From assembly GCA_963770935.1 (NCBI GenBank), contig CAVYRJ010000001.1:1-64000 (forward strand): a stretch of DNA of 64,000 bases, read 5' to 3'. The stretch comes from Candidatus Bathyarchaeota archaeon. Lineage in GTDB: Archaea; Thermoproteota; Bathyarchaeia; Bathyarchaeales; Bathycorpusculaceae. Shown here piece by piece: positions 31,121 through 40,507 of this stretch. Positions within the stretch are counted from its first letter, which is position 1. Each line of letters starts with the position of its first letter. The position numbers and the translations under genes were made by a program. Below the pieces are notes generated by a model, which saw only the letters and a list, made by a program, of their open reading frames with translations, searched no databases and was not told where the DNA came from.

Positions 31121-31954
31121 ATGTCGCCTGTGAAAACTATAAAAACTTTTAGGGATTTGCTGTCTTTCCTCACCATCATTCCAGTTGGAGGAAAAGAAGA
31201 TTTCATTTTCACGACGGCAGAGAACGTGTGGCTTTTCCCATTGATGGGCGGCTTTATTGGTTTGCTTGCAGGATTATATTTTGTCGGTTCAAGTATTATA
31301 GTAGTTTTTTTGCTGGGTTTAGCTAACCGTATCATCGCCTTGCCAACTGGGGTTTTGGCAACTTTACTTCCCGCAGCCATGACGATAGCTTTCCTGAGTG
31401 TAATTACTGGGCTGCAGCATTTCGATGGTTTAATCGATTTAGGGAATGCAGTCGGATTGCGGAACGTGCATGACAGAAAAATGGTTGCTCACGCGTGGAC
31501 GGTGACCTATTCAGGGGCTGTTTTAGCGTTGATTGTTGAGTTTGCAGCTTTTGTTGGGCTATTTTTTATCAATCCATTGTTTGCTTTCGGCGCAATCATC
31601 ACCGCAGAAGTTGCAGCGAAATTATCCATGGTTACAATTGTTTGGGTAGGCAAACCCTCGCATAAGGGGCTCGGCTCGATTTTTCTAGCAAAAGCCAAAA
31701 AGAACCTAAATGCGGTTGCTTATTTGATTGCGGTTTTGGTTGTTTTTCCCTATTTCGCTCTTACAAGCAATCTATTTTTTGGATTAGTAGCTGTTGGCAT
31801 AGTTTTAGTCAGCATTCCAGTCGCGTTTGTTATGAAGAGGGTGTCTGATGGGGTTTTCGGAGGAGTTTCAGGCGATATGATTGGGGCAACCAATGAGGTT
31901 GCAAGAGCTGTAACGCTGGTTTTGTTCGCGGCTTTGTTGATGGTGATAGCATGA
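31121..31954 (+). CDS. Second, divergent CobS-family membrane protein
   Basis: LSFLTIIPV, FPLMG, TGLQHFDGLIDLGNA, FGGVSGDMIGATNE. Confidence 0.8.
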   Translation: MSPVKTIKTFRDLLSFLTIIPVGGKEDFIFTTAENVWLFPLMGGFIGLLAGLYFVGSSIIVVFLLGLANRIIALPTGVLATLLPAAMTIAFLSVITGLQHFDGLIDLGNAVGLRNVHDRKMVAHAWTVTYSGAVLALIVEFAAFVGLFFINPLFAFGAIITAEVAAKLSMVTIVWVGKPSHKGLGSIFLAKAKKNLNAVAYLIAVLVVFPYFALTSNLFFGLVAVGIVLVSIPVAFVMKRVSDGVFGGVSGDMIGATNEVARAVTLVLFAALLMVIA

Positions 31955-32571
31955 GGGTTTCTGCTTTGATTATGGCTGGCGGAAAAGGAAGCCGTATGGG
32001 TTTGCCAACTGAGAAGCCGTTGTTGCCGTTTTTGGGTCAGCCACTGATTGATTGGGTTGTAAAAGCAATTAGGGACGCGAAGAGGGTTTCCGAGTTTTAT
32101 GTTATAACCAGTGCAAATACAACTGAAACCGAGAAACACTGCTTAGCTAACGGTTGGAAGGTTCTGCGTACAGACGCCAAAGGATACCACAACGACCTAA
32201 AACAAGCCGTCATGAAGGCTGATTTGATGGGTCCAGTGCTCACGATGCCAGCAGATGTACCAGCAATAACAGGAAAATTTCTTGACAAAGTAATCAGCGA
32301 ATTTGAGGTCTGTGGAAAAGATTTCTTGGCGGTTTTTGTCCCAATCAAAGCACGACAGGACTTGGGGCTCTCCATTTCCTCCACCGACGAGTACAAGAAC
32401 GTGTGGTATGCAGTTTCAGGTGTGAACATCATAAACGGCGCCAAAATCCAAGGCACTGGAAAAATCGAAACCAGTGCCATAATCACCGAGGAAACCGAGG
32501 TGCTTTTGAACATCAACACGGTCAAGGACTTGGATATAGCCGAGAAACTAATGATGACAAAGAAAGACTAA
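31951..32571 (+). CDS. Second CobY-family nucleotidyltransferase
   Basis: MAGGKGSRM, EKPLL, GYHNDL, PADVP, NINTVKDL. Confidence 0.85.
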   Translation: MRVSALIMAGGKGSRMGLPTEKPLLPFLGQPLIDWVVKAIRDAKRVSEFYVITSANTTETEKHCLANGWKVLRTDAKGYHNDLKQAVMKADLMGPVLTMPADVPAITGKFLDKVISEFEVCGKDFLAVFVPIKARQDLGLSISSTDEYKNVWYAVSGVNIINGAKIQGTGKIETSAIITEETEVLLNINTVKDLDIAEKLMMTKKD

Positions 32572-32662
32572 AAACCCATTTTTCAGCGCAATTGGTATTT
32601 ATAGTTTGCAAACCATACTTGTGGCGGTATTTTCCAGATGGGGAAGGATTTAGGGATAAAAC

Positions 32663-34597
32663 ATGATTAAACTGCCAAGCCAAGTTGCAGATTACTTCCC
32701 CTATGAAAACGTACGACCCCACCAAGACGAATTCATAACCACCGTTTACAACGCCGTCGCCAGCAGACGTTCAGTTTTAATTGAAGGCAGCAACGGCCTA
32801 GGAAAAACAATTTCAGCACTTTCTGCTGTGTTGCCAGTAGCAATCGAAAAAAAACTCAAAATTCTCTACGTCGCGCGCACCCACCGCCAACATGACCGCG
32901 TCATCGAAGAGCTACGAGCAGTTTTCAGGAAACACCAAATTTCAGGACTCTCTATCCGTGGGCGCAACGAAATGTGCCTCAACGTCTTTGCTGCAAGAGG
33001 CGCTTTCGATTCCAAGTCACTTATGGAAGTCTGCGAACTCCTCAAAGCTAAAAGCAGATGCCCCTACTACACCAATGTGGAAGACCGCACATACGATTAC
33101 ATGCAGCTTCAACAACAAGTAGCCAGCCGACCATATATGGGCTCCGAAATCCAACGGATATGCAAGAAAAAAGAGGTCTGCCCCTACGAGCTCGTGAAAG
33201 CTGGACTTTCAGATGTCAAAGTCATTGCTTTGAGCTACCTTTACGTCTTTGACCCCGTTATCCGCACAGCTTTCCTTAAAAACCTGGAGACGGAACTTCA
33301 AAAAATCATTCTAATCGTTGACGAAGCACACAATTTGCCTGAAACCGCCATCGACATCTCAGGTAGCGCCCTATCGCTGTTTGTAATGAGAGCGGCAGAA
33401 ATGGAAGCCAACCGCTTCGGACACAAAGATATCGAAGAGTTCGCCAATTTCTTTAGGACTGAAGTGGAAAAAATAACAGATAAAATAAGTCGAGAAGAAA
33501 TAATTCCTGCCAACAGCATCATTGATATAATCCAAAAACAGGGAAACATTACGCACCTTAGAGAGTTCTTTGAACACATGCATGAAGCGGGTGCTGCAAT
33601 TAAGAAGAGTTTGTTGGCTGAAGGCAAAAATCCAAGGTCCTATGTTCACTCTATGAGTGAATTTCTCCTCAAATGGAACGATACCTTGGATGACGGTTCT
33701 TTCATAAATGTTGCCAGCCGATACTTCAACAAAGAAAACAACAAAACCGCTAAGCTCGAAATAGTGGCGCTTGATCCCTCGAAGGTCACGCAACCCGTTT
33801 TCTCATCCACCTATGCTAACGTCATTATGTCGGGGACTCTTCAGCCGCTGGAAGCATTTGCGAGAATTACGCGATTACCCGAAAGCACCGTGAAGTTTCT
33901 TGCGCCCTCACCCTTTCCAAGGGACCATGTTTTCTCAGCCGTCTGTTGCGGTGTCACAACTTCAATGGAGAAAAGAACCCCTCAAATGTACCAAACCTTG
34001 GTTGAACGCATAAACGAAGTTGTTAACAGCACCCCAACCAACACAGGCGTCTTCGCAGCCTCCTTCCAAGTCTTAAACGCACTACTAGCTGAAGGCTTAG
34101 AAAATACTCTCTTAAAACCCCTGTTTCATGAACGCAAAGGCATGACGTCAAAAGCTAATGAGAAAATGGTTCAAGACTTCAAAGCTTGTGGCGATAAAGG
34201 CGGCGCTGTCTTTTTGGGTGTACAAGGCGGCAGGACATCGGAGGGTGTGGATTTTCCAGGTAACCAAATGAACTCGGTGGTGGTTGTTGGTGTGCCTTAT
34301 GCGGAGCCAACGCCCAGAGTTAAAGCGCAGATTGAGTACTATGACAAATGTTTCCCAGGACTTGGACGCGAATACGGCTACGTTTTGCCCGCCATGAAAA
34401 AAGCGTCGCAGGCAGCAGGGAGACCAATAAGAACGCTTGATGACCGAGGTGCCATCGTGTTCTTAGACTACCGTTTCTCCACAAGCTACTGCAAAAGTTT
34501 CCTGCCATCATGGATAACCAACGGAATGAAAGTTTTACCCGACAAAAAAGACGTTTTAGCAACCGAAGTCAGCAATTTTTTTAGAACACAGTCCTAA
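32663..34597 (+). CDS. xpd: XPD/Rad3 Fe-S DNA helicase
   Basis: GLGKT, four Fe-S cysteines, DEAHN, MSGTL, SEGVDF, QAAGRPIR. Confidence 0.93.
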   Translation: MIKLPSQVADYFPYENVRPHQDEFITTVYNAVASRRSVLIEGSNGLGKTISALSAVLPVAIEKKLKILYVARTHRQHDRVIEELRAVFRKHQISGLSIRGRNEMCLNVFAARGAFDSKSLMEVCELLKAKSRCPYYTNVEDRTYDYMQLQQQVASRPYMGSEIQRICKKKEVCPYELVKAGLSDVKVIALSYLYVFDPVIRTAFLKNLETELQKIILIVDEAHNLPETAIDISGSALSLFVMRAAEMEANRFGHKDIEEFANFFRTEVEKITDKISREEIIPANSIIDIIQKQGNITHLREFFEHMHEAGAAIKKSLLAEGKNPRSYVHSMSEFLLKWNDTLDDGSFINVASRYFNKENNKTAKLEIVALDPSKVTQPVFSSTYANVIMSGTLQPLEAFARITRLPESTVKFLAPSPFPRDHVFSAVCCGVTTSMEKRTPQMYQTLVERINEVVNSTPTNTGVFAASFQVLNALLAEGLENTLLKPLFHERKGMTSKANEKMVQDFKACGDKGGAVFLGVQGGRTSEGVDFPGNQMNSVVVVGVPYAEPTPRVKAQIEYYDKCFPGLGREYGYVLPAMKKASQAAGRPIRTLDDRGAIVFLDYRFSTSYCKSFLPSWITNGMKVLPDKKDVLATEVSNFFRTQS

Positions 34598-35673
34598 GAT
34601 TCCTGAAGCTTCTGGTTTACGACAACTTTTCCGATAATTATCTTTAAGGGTTTAGCTGAAACTGCAGTTTGGACTTTTAGCACTTTCCTTACAGGGTTAA
34701 TTTCCCTTAGCACACCAATTCCTAAAAACTTGCTTCCTCGACCACACAACCCAACAAGTAAGCCTTTCTCAGGTTCCTGAGTGATTGGGATGGCACTTCT
34801 GGGTTCGATTGTCACTTGGCTCTTTGGGTAGCACTGCAACTTCGCATTTCTGAGGTATCTAGAATAGGTCATTTCGCGAAGAATCTTGCGTTTCTCTGCT
34901 GTTCTCTGACTAAGAGCAGAGGAGGATTCAACAACCACCACTGGAATAGTTAACTCTGCAATCAGGGGCCCAAGTTCATCTTCCATCTGAACCCCAACTA
35001 TAACATCGGGCTTAATCGCATCAATCAAGGCAGCTTTGTATTTAATAGCGACATCACCGCTAACCCAGCCATCAGTATTAACTAAGACAAAATCCGCTTG
35101 CTGCTGAAAAATCTCAGCCTTCATAGCAGTTAACCCCTCAATCACCTTCGCTATTGCCTTTATCGGCGAGGTAACTCCCACAAAAAAGGCATTCTTTAGC
35201 TTTAAATCGTACAGGTCAGCGACACACTTTGATGTTAAGGCATAACCAATCGTCGCTGACGGACCAATGTCAGATTGACCTAAGTCACCATCTAAAACCG
35301 CTACTTTGGATTTCCCGTCAATTAGATTATTTAACAGGTAGGTGCAAAGGCTACTTTTGCCACAGTCAGCTGCCCCCAAAAGTAAAACAACAACAGGGCG
35401 TTTCACCAAACCCAAAATTGCTTCTACGGGTTTTTTCCATGATGCTGGAATTGTACCGCCAATGGTTTCTGCTACGCTTGCGTTGGCACCCAACGAAACA
35501 TCAACAACTGCTTTTTCAACAGCAAAAAACGGCAGGCGCTTTCCTTCCCTAACTACAATCCGCTGGGAAACCTTTATTGGGCAACCAAAAACTTCTGCTT
35601 TTCCAGAAACAAGCTTAGCCGACGCTGGACCATTTACTAACAATGTTCTATTGGGTTCGACAGTTTGCTGCAA
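34594..35673 (-). CDS. Clp1/Grc3-family polynucleotide 5'-kinase
   Basis: GAADCGKSS, DGDLGQSDIGP, NTDGW. Confidence 0.88.
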   Translation of the reverse strand: MQQTVEPNRTLLVNGPASAKLVSGKAEVFGCPIKVSQRIVVREGKRLPFFAVEKAVVDVSLGANASVAETIGGTIPASWKKPVEAILGLVKRPVVVLLLGAADCGKSSLCTYLLNNLIDGKSKVAVLDGDLGQSDIGPSATIGYALTSKCVADLYDLKLKNAFFVGVTSPIKAIAKVIEGLTAMKAEIFQQQADFVLVNTDGWVSGDVAIKYKAALIDAIKPDVIVGVQMEDELGPLIAELTIPVVVVESSSALSQRTAEKRKILREMTYSRYLRNAKLQCYPKSQVTIEPRSAIPITQEPEKGLLVGLCGRGSKFLGIGVLREINPVRKVLKVQTAVSAKPLKIIIGKVVVNQKLQES

Positions 35674-36304
35674 TTAGTTTTCTCCTTGGAACAATGTTTC
35701 CTCTCCTTCCGGCAATGCGTGTAGCGGAGGAAATATGCCTGACTCCTCTGCTACGTTTGTTTTCTTTTAAAGGTTTGTTAGTTCCCGCTTCACTCACCAC
35801 TTCCAAAGCCACTTGAAGTGGCAAAGCATCATCTAAATCTTTTAGCAGTTCCTTATAGACTGGAACCCCGTTCCCAATCTTAACAGAAACGCTGGTAACT
35901 GCAAAGTCAACGTTTCTCAACACCTTAAGTATGCTGTCAATCACTTCTTTAGTGCTAAAGCAGTTCCCTTCCTCAATAACTTTTCCATCAGCCACAGCAA
36001 CCAACCCAATTGCAACACCCGGATCAACACCGAACACGATTTTCCCGAAGGCTTCCTTGCCCAATAGCAATACCTTTACTTGCTCAACTAAACTGTCGAT
36101 CTCATCTTGACCATGAAAAACCAAGATTTTTTCATGATTCACCAGACGCTTTTCCTGCTCAGTTGTTAATACTACCTTTATTTTGGCAGGCACTGATTCT
36201 CCCGGAATTAGACTGACAAAGGGAATGTCGTGTTCTCTTAGTTTGTTAACGATGAGGAAGTAAGTTTTGCCTTGAACTGTAGCAACCGCCACTTTTTCTT
36301 TCAT
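35648..36304 (-). CDS. Conserved hypothetical protein with RNase H-like (YqgF/RuvC-type) C-domain
   Basis: VFGVDPG..IGLVAVADG, VKIGNG, VSEAGT, HISSA..IA. Confidence 0.55.
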   Translation of the reverse strand: MKEKVAVATVQGKTYFLIVNKLREHDIPFVSLIPGESVPAKIKVVLTTEQEKRLVNHEKILVFHGQDEIDSLVEQVKVLLLGKEAFGKIVFGVDPGVAIGLVAVADGKVIEEGNCFSTKEVIDSILKVLRNVDFAVTSVSVKIGNGVPVYKELLKDLDDALPLQVALEVVSEAGTNKPLKENKRSRGVRHISSATRIAGRRGNIVPRRKLIAANCRTQ

Positions 36305-36380
36305 ATTGCAACCTTAAAGGGTAGATTTAAGTGCAAAAAACATTACTATCTTCAAGTTAATAATCCTTGACGTGTAAAGC

Positions 36381-37082
36381 ATGGTTAAAATCCAGACAGG
36401 CAGCAAATGCATTGACAGTAGTATCGGCGGTGGCATCTTACCTGAAACAGTCACCTTGATTTATGGTGAACCTGAAACTGGAAAAACCACGTTTGCCATG
36501 CAATGCGCTGTTAATTGCGCCCTCCAGAACTTCAAGGTGCTCTTTGTTGACTGCGATAACACCTTCTATGCCAAAAGGCTATCTCAAATTTCAGGCGAAA
36601 AGTTTGATGAAGTTGCCGAACGAATAATCTTGGTTAAACCGAAGGATTTTAGGGAGCAAACGGCAGTTGTTGATGGCATCCAAGACTACGCCACCAAAAA
36701 AGTTGGATTAATCATATTTGACACCTTCACCTCGCTTTATGGCGCAAAAGTCTGTGAAACATTAAGCAAGACAAAAGCTTTTGGCGTTAACCGTGAATTG
36801 AACAGGCAACTGGCTATCCTAGCGCAAATCACAAAAATCCGGAAACTTCCGGTCATAATAACAAGCCAAGTGCGCAACGTCTTCGTTGATCAGAGCACCT
36901 GTGTTAGACCCGTTGCGACTAGAGTTTTAAAGTTTTGGGCTGATACAATAATCGCTCTAAAACCCACCGAGAACTCCCAAATAATTAAGGTGACACTGGA
37001 GAAGGCACGGGAGATCAAGCAAGAACCCGTGTGTTATGTACAAATAGGGGAAAGCGGAATACAAGATACACAATTCCACTGA
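36381..37082 (+). CDS. radB: DNA repair protein RadB
   Basis: IQTGSKCIDSSIGGG, YGEPETGKTT, ITSQV; no N-terminal HhH domain. Confidence 0.8.
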   Translation: MVKIQTGSKCIDSSIGGGILPETVTLIYGEPETGKTTFAMQCAVNCALQNFKVLFVDCDNTFYAKRLSQISGEKFDEVAERIILVKPKDFREQTAVVDGIQDYATKKVGLIIFDTFTSLYGAKVCETLSKTKAFGVNRELNRQLAILAQITKIRKLPVIITSQVRNVFVDQSTCVRPVATRVLKFWADTIIALKPTENSQIIKVTLEKAREIKQEPVCYVQIGESGIQDTQFH

Positions 37083-37099
37083 CTAATGGTTGAAACCCG

Positions 37100-37627
37100 A
37101 TGGATTTAGCCCTTATAATTGTTGAAGCCTTAAAGTTTATTTTCCCAGCCTATTGCGCCAACGGAACGCCTGTGCTTGCTGGAGGCGGAACAAAGATGGA
37201 TTTTGGCAGGAACTTTGTGGATGGCAAACGCATTTTCGGCAACAACAAGACTTTTAGGGGCTTCTTTTTCGGCTGGGGCGTTGGGTTTGGAGTGGGACTG
37301 GTCGAAGGCTTGGTTTTTGGCTTTGAGAGTTTCCCGGTTCTGTTTGCCTTGCTTATCCCTTTGGGAGCGCTTTTGGGCGATTTAACAGGTGCTTTCATAA
37401 AACGAAGAATAGGCATCGCGCCCGGCGGACTCTTGCCCATCGTTGATCAAGTGGACTTTGTTGTTGGGGCAGTCGTGTTTTCGCTTCCATTAGCTTTCAC
37501 AGGTTGGCAATTGGGAGTGACAACTTTTTGGCAAGTGGCGGTGACAGCTTTGCTGATAACGCCGCCGATTCACTTGTTCACTAACTTTTTAGCTTATAAG
37601 ATGAAGTTGAAGAAAAATCCGTGGTAA
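37100..37627 (+). CDS. carS: CDP-archaeol synthase
   Basis: PAYCANGTP, DGKRIFGNNKTFRG, GDL.GAFIKRR, DQVDF, K.KKNPW. Confidence 0.92.
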   Translation: MDLALIIVEALKFIFPAYCANGTPVLAGGGTKMDFGRNFVDGKRIFGNNKTFRGFFFGWGVGFGVGLVEGLVFGFESFPVLFALLIPLGALLGDLTGAFIKRRIGIAPGGLLPIVDQVDFVVGAVVFSLPLAFTGWQLGVTTFWQVAVTALLITPPIHLFTNFLAYKMKLKKNPW

Positions 37628-37661
37628 GCTGCAAAAAACTATTCAACCAAGAAAAGACAAA

Positions 37662-38087
37662 TTATCGGCCGCCAGTTGCTTTGAACTGGATTGAGCCTTC
37701 CAAGAACACATATGCTAACAACAAGAGCGTAACACCTATGACTAATAGCATGTAGGCTTGCCTAGGCTTGTAGGCACTCTTGGAGCTTTGGTAAATGGCA
37801 AATAAACCAGCGAATCCCATCGCGTAGAGTGTTACTGAAATGATTGTATCGGCAACAAATTGTGAGCTGAGATCTGGATAGAGGAAGAAGAATTGTCCAT
37901 TGACATATGCGGAAGGCAAGGGACGATTAATTAAAGTGTACAGTCCACCGCCGAAGAGGAAAATTGCATAGGAAATCCCAACAACTATAACTATGAATGC
38001 TGAGGGCGTGTTTGTTGAGAGTTTGCGGAACCATCGGCTAAGCGAGAAGGATAGTGATGAAGAACTTTTCTTTAGTTTTGTAGTCAT
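37662..38087 (-). CDS. OSTC/DC2 (OST3/OST6 TM-domain)-like oligosaccharyltransferase accessory protein (putative)
   Basis: Three TMs; FLFGGGLYTLINRP...FLYPDLSSQFVADT....LYAMGFAG resembles OSTC GGIIYDVIVEP...QYIMEG....LFTMGGLG as recalled. Confidence 0.6.
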   Translation of the reverse strand: MTTKLKKSSSSLSFSLSRWFRKLSTNTPSAFIVIVVGISYAIFLFGGGLYTLINRPLPSAYVNGQFFFLYPDLSSQFVADTIISVTLYAMGFAGLFAIYQSSKSAYKPRQAYMLLVIGVTLLLLAYVFLEGSIQFKATGGR

Positions 38088-38302
38088 TTTTGGTGCTCTT
38101 CCTCAATTAGGTACTTTGCTACTTCTTTAGCCCATACTCCAGTTAATGAATTTTTCTGAATCTCCGCCAAATACTCCACCCAAGAAACGTTTAAAGCAGC
38201 CTCCCAAACCCTGAATTTCTCCTGCACATTCTTAAACGCCTTAGAGTGCAACTGACAAAATCCGTTCTCTTCTGAGTCTCTGCAGCATATTTTACAATGC
38301 AT
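38084..38302 (-). CDS. Small Cys/His-containing hypothetical protein
   Basis: MHCKICC...FCQLH; start overlaps the topA stop by 1 nt and stop overlaps the next gene by 4 nt. Confidence 0.65.
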   Translation of the reverse strand: MHCKICCRDSEENGFCQLHSKAFKNVQEKFRVWEAALNVSWVEYLAEIQKNSLTGVWAKEVAKYLIEEEHQK

Positions 38303-40371
38303 TATATACCGTCTCCTTTCAAGGGGCAATCTGAATTAAGACACAGCTTCCAAGGTCGCTTTAATCGAAGATACACCGCTACAGTTGGAGAGCCGCAGCT
38401 TTTGCAAGCAGTAGCAAGCGGTTTAACGGTGCCAGTTTGAGGCAGTGGAAATGACGTGTTGCATTTGCCTTCAAAAAAGTTTGTGCAGCCGACAAAGCGT
38501 TTGCCAGATTTTTTAGAACGCAAAATTACCAGTTTTCCCTCATGACACTTGGGACATAAACCAACCGTACTTCCGTTTAGTCTTGATTTCTGAAGCGATC
38601 GACTTAACTGTGCACCCACTGCAGCTTCTTTTTCTTTGAGTGCAGAAGTAACAAGTGTTAGGGTTTCAATAGTGTTTTGAAGCGTGGTTTGTTTAGTCTG
38701 GGTGCCTTGTTGGATTTGATTCATTTCTTCTTCGAGCTTTCGGGTTAATTCAGGGGAAACAATCGTTGGGCAAAATTTCATAAGAACTTCTGTAACTTCA
38801 AAGCCGAGGTCGCTTACATAGAATCGGTCTGTTCCCTGCAGATATTTGCGATCTTGCAAAGTTTTGATGATTCCTGCCCGTGTGGCTTTTGTTCCAATTT
38901 CTTCCTGCTCCATCTTTGAGAGCAGACTACCTGGGTTATATCGAGCCGGCGGTTTTGTAAAATAGTCATTTAAGATAACCCGTTTTACGGCTACTTTTTG
39001 TCCTTCGGTCAAGGGCGGCAGGATTGAATCTTTCAATTGAAAGTATGGTTTGTAGAATTTAATCCAACCCTCCGTCAAAGTTCGGGTTGCATCAAAGTGG
39101 AAAAGGTTGCCATTTAAGCTTACAACTACATTTGTACTCTGCCGAATTGCTGGTTCGCCGAAAACCGCCAAAAATCTCTTAACAACCAGGTCAAAGATGT
39201 TTCTTTCAGCTGTGCCAAGGGGTTTTTCAGGCAGATTTCCCGTTGGGTAGATGGCTGGGTGCGCAGGGTCATATTTTTTGCCTTCATTAGGCTTCAACGA
39301 TGTTTTAGCGAGCAATTCAGCAGTGTGTTTAGCGTAGACAGGAGCGTTTCCGAGTTTTTTAAGTATATTTCTGTAACCAATTGTTGGCGGAAGCTTTTGG
39401 CTGCTTGTTCTCGGGTAAGAAATCAATGCGTCCAAATACAAATGTTGAAGGATGTTTGAGGTCTGTATGGGGGTGTATTTGAAGATACGGTAAGCTTCAT
39501 TCTGCACTGCTCCAAGGTCAAATGGTTCTGGTGGGTTAAGCAAAAACTCTTTTACGTCTAATGTTTCTATTTGGCCTTCCTTGGTCTTGCAAGCATCCTT
39601 AATCGCTGTGGCTTGGGCTTTGGTTTCAAGCGTTTTTTCATGTTCGACTTCTAGGACTGTATCGATTATGCATATTTTCGCGGTTATGGTCCAGTACGGT
39701 GTTGGAACAAAGCAATTTATGGTTTTTTCGCGAGCATCAAGGAATTTCAGGGTTGGTCCCTGCACCCTGCCCGTGCTAAGTGTAACGTATTTTCCGCTGT
39801 AGTTTTGGGCAGCTTGGGTTAAAACTCGAGACAGGTTAATGCCATATAACCAATCTATTTCATGACGAGCTAACCCTGCTTCAACAAGCGTAAAATCTAA
39901 CCTTGGCTGAAGGTTAGAGTAGGATTCTTGGAGATCCTCTCTTGTTAGAGTTGAGTACTTCATCCGTTTAGCTTCCGCTTCTTTGCCATCACAGGCGTAC
40001 TTTAGGATGCAGTAGCCTATGATGCTACCTTCAATGTCAAAGTCGCAGGCATCCACAAACCCCCCTGCGTCCTTGGCCAATTGAGCGATGACTTTTAGCC
40101 AAACTCGAATCCTTGATGCTTTTCGTTCAGCTTGGTACCGTGGAACCCATTGGTAATCAAAAACCGGATAGCCACGCCCTTTCTGCATACTTGTAATCGT
40201 GTATAAATGTCCCAGCGCCGGAACCACCACTATTGCACCGTTACGATATGCCTGATAATACGGGACGCCGTTGCTGGAAGCTTTTGTCGGTTTGCCGTCA
40301 ACATCTAGTGCCAATGCTATCCTTTTTGCAGCATCGGGTTTCTCCGTAATAACTAAAGTGTATTTTTCCAA
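38302..40371 (-). CDS. topA: Type IA DNA topoisomerase
   Basis: ITEKP, GHLY, DFDIEG, STGRVQGPTL, ISYPRT (catalytic Tyr), AHPAIYPT, C-terminal zinc ribbons. Confidence 0.95.
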   Translation of the reverse strand: MEKYTLVITEKPDAAKRIALALDVDGKPTKASSNGVPYYQAYRNGAIVVVPALGHLYTITSMQKGRGYPVFDYQWVPRYQAERKASRIRVWLKVIAQLAKDAGGFVDACDFDIEGSIIGYCILKYACDGKEAEAKRMKYSTLTREDLQESYSNLQPRLDFTLVEAGLARHEIDWLYGINLSRVLTQAAQNYSGKYVTLSTGRVQGPTLKFLDAREKTINCFVPTPYWTITAKICIIDTVLEVEHEKTLETKAQATAIKDACKTKEGQIETLDVKEFLLNPPEPFDLGAVQNEAYRIFKYTPIQTSNILQHLYLDALISYPRTSSQKLPPTIGYRNILKKLGNAPVYAKHTAELLAKTSLKPNEGKKYDPAHPAIYPTGNLPEKPLGTAERNIFDLVVKRFLAVFGEPAIRQSTNVVVSLNGNLFHFDATRTLTEGWIKFYKPYFQLKDSILPPLTEGQKVAVKRVILNDYFTKPPARYNPGSLLSKMEQEEIGTKATRAGIIKTLQDRKYLQGTDRFYVSDLGFEVTEVLMKFCPTIVSPELTRKLEEEMNQIQQGTQTKQTTLQNTIETLTLVTSALKEKEAAVGAQLSRSLQKSRLNGSTVGLCPKCHEGKLVILRSKKSGKRFVGCTNFFEGKCNTSFPLPQTGTVKPLATACKSCGSPTVAVYLRLKRPWKLCLNSDCPLKGDGI

Positions 40372-40507
40372 CCGCCGTTAAACCACACTTTAACATTCCA
40401 ATGGATTTCCCATTAAAAGCTTTACAGTAAGTGAGTCAAATAATTAGAACTAAAATTTGTTAGCAACCGATAAATATGCCTCATCCATGTAAATACTGGG
40501 GATTTGG

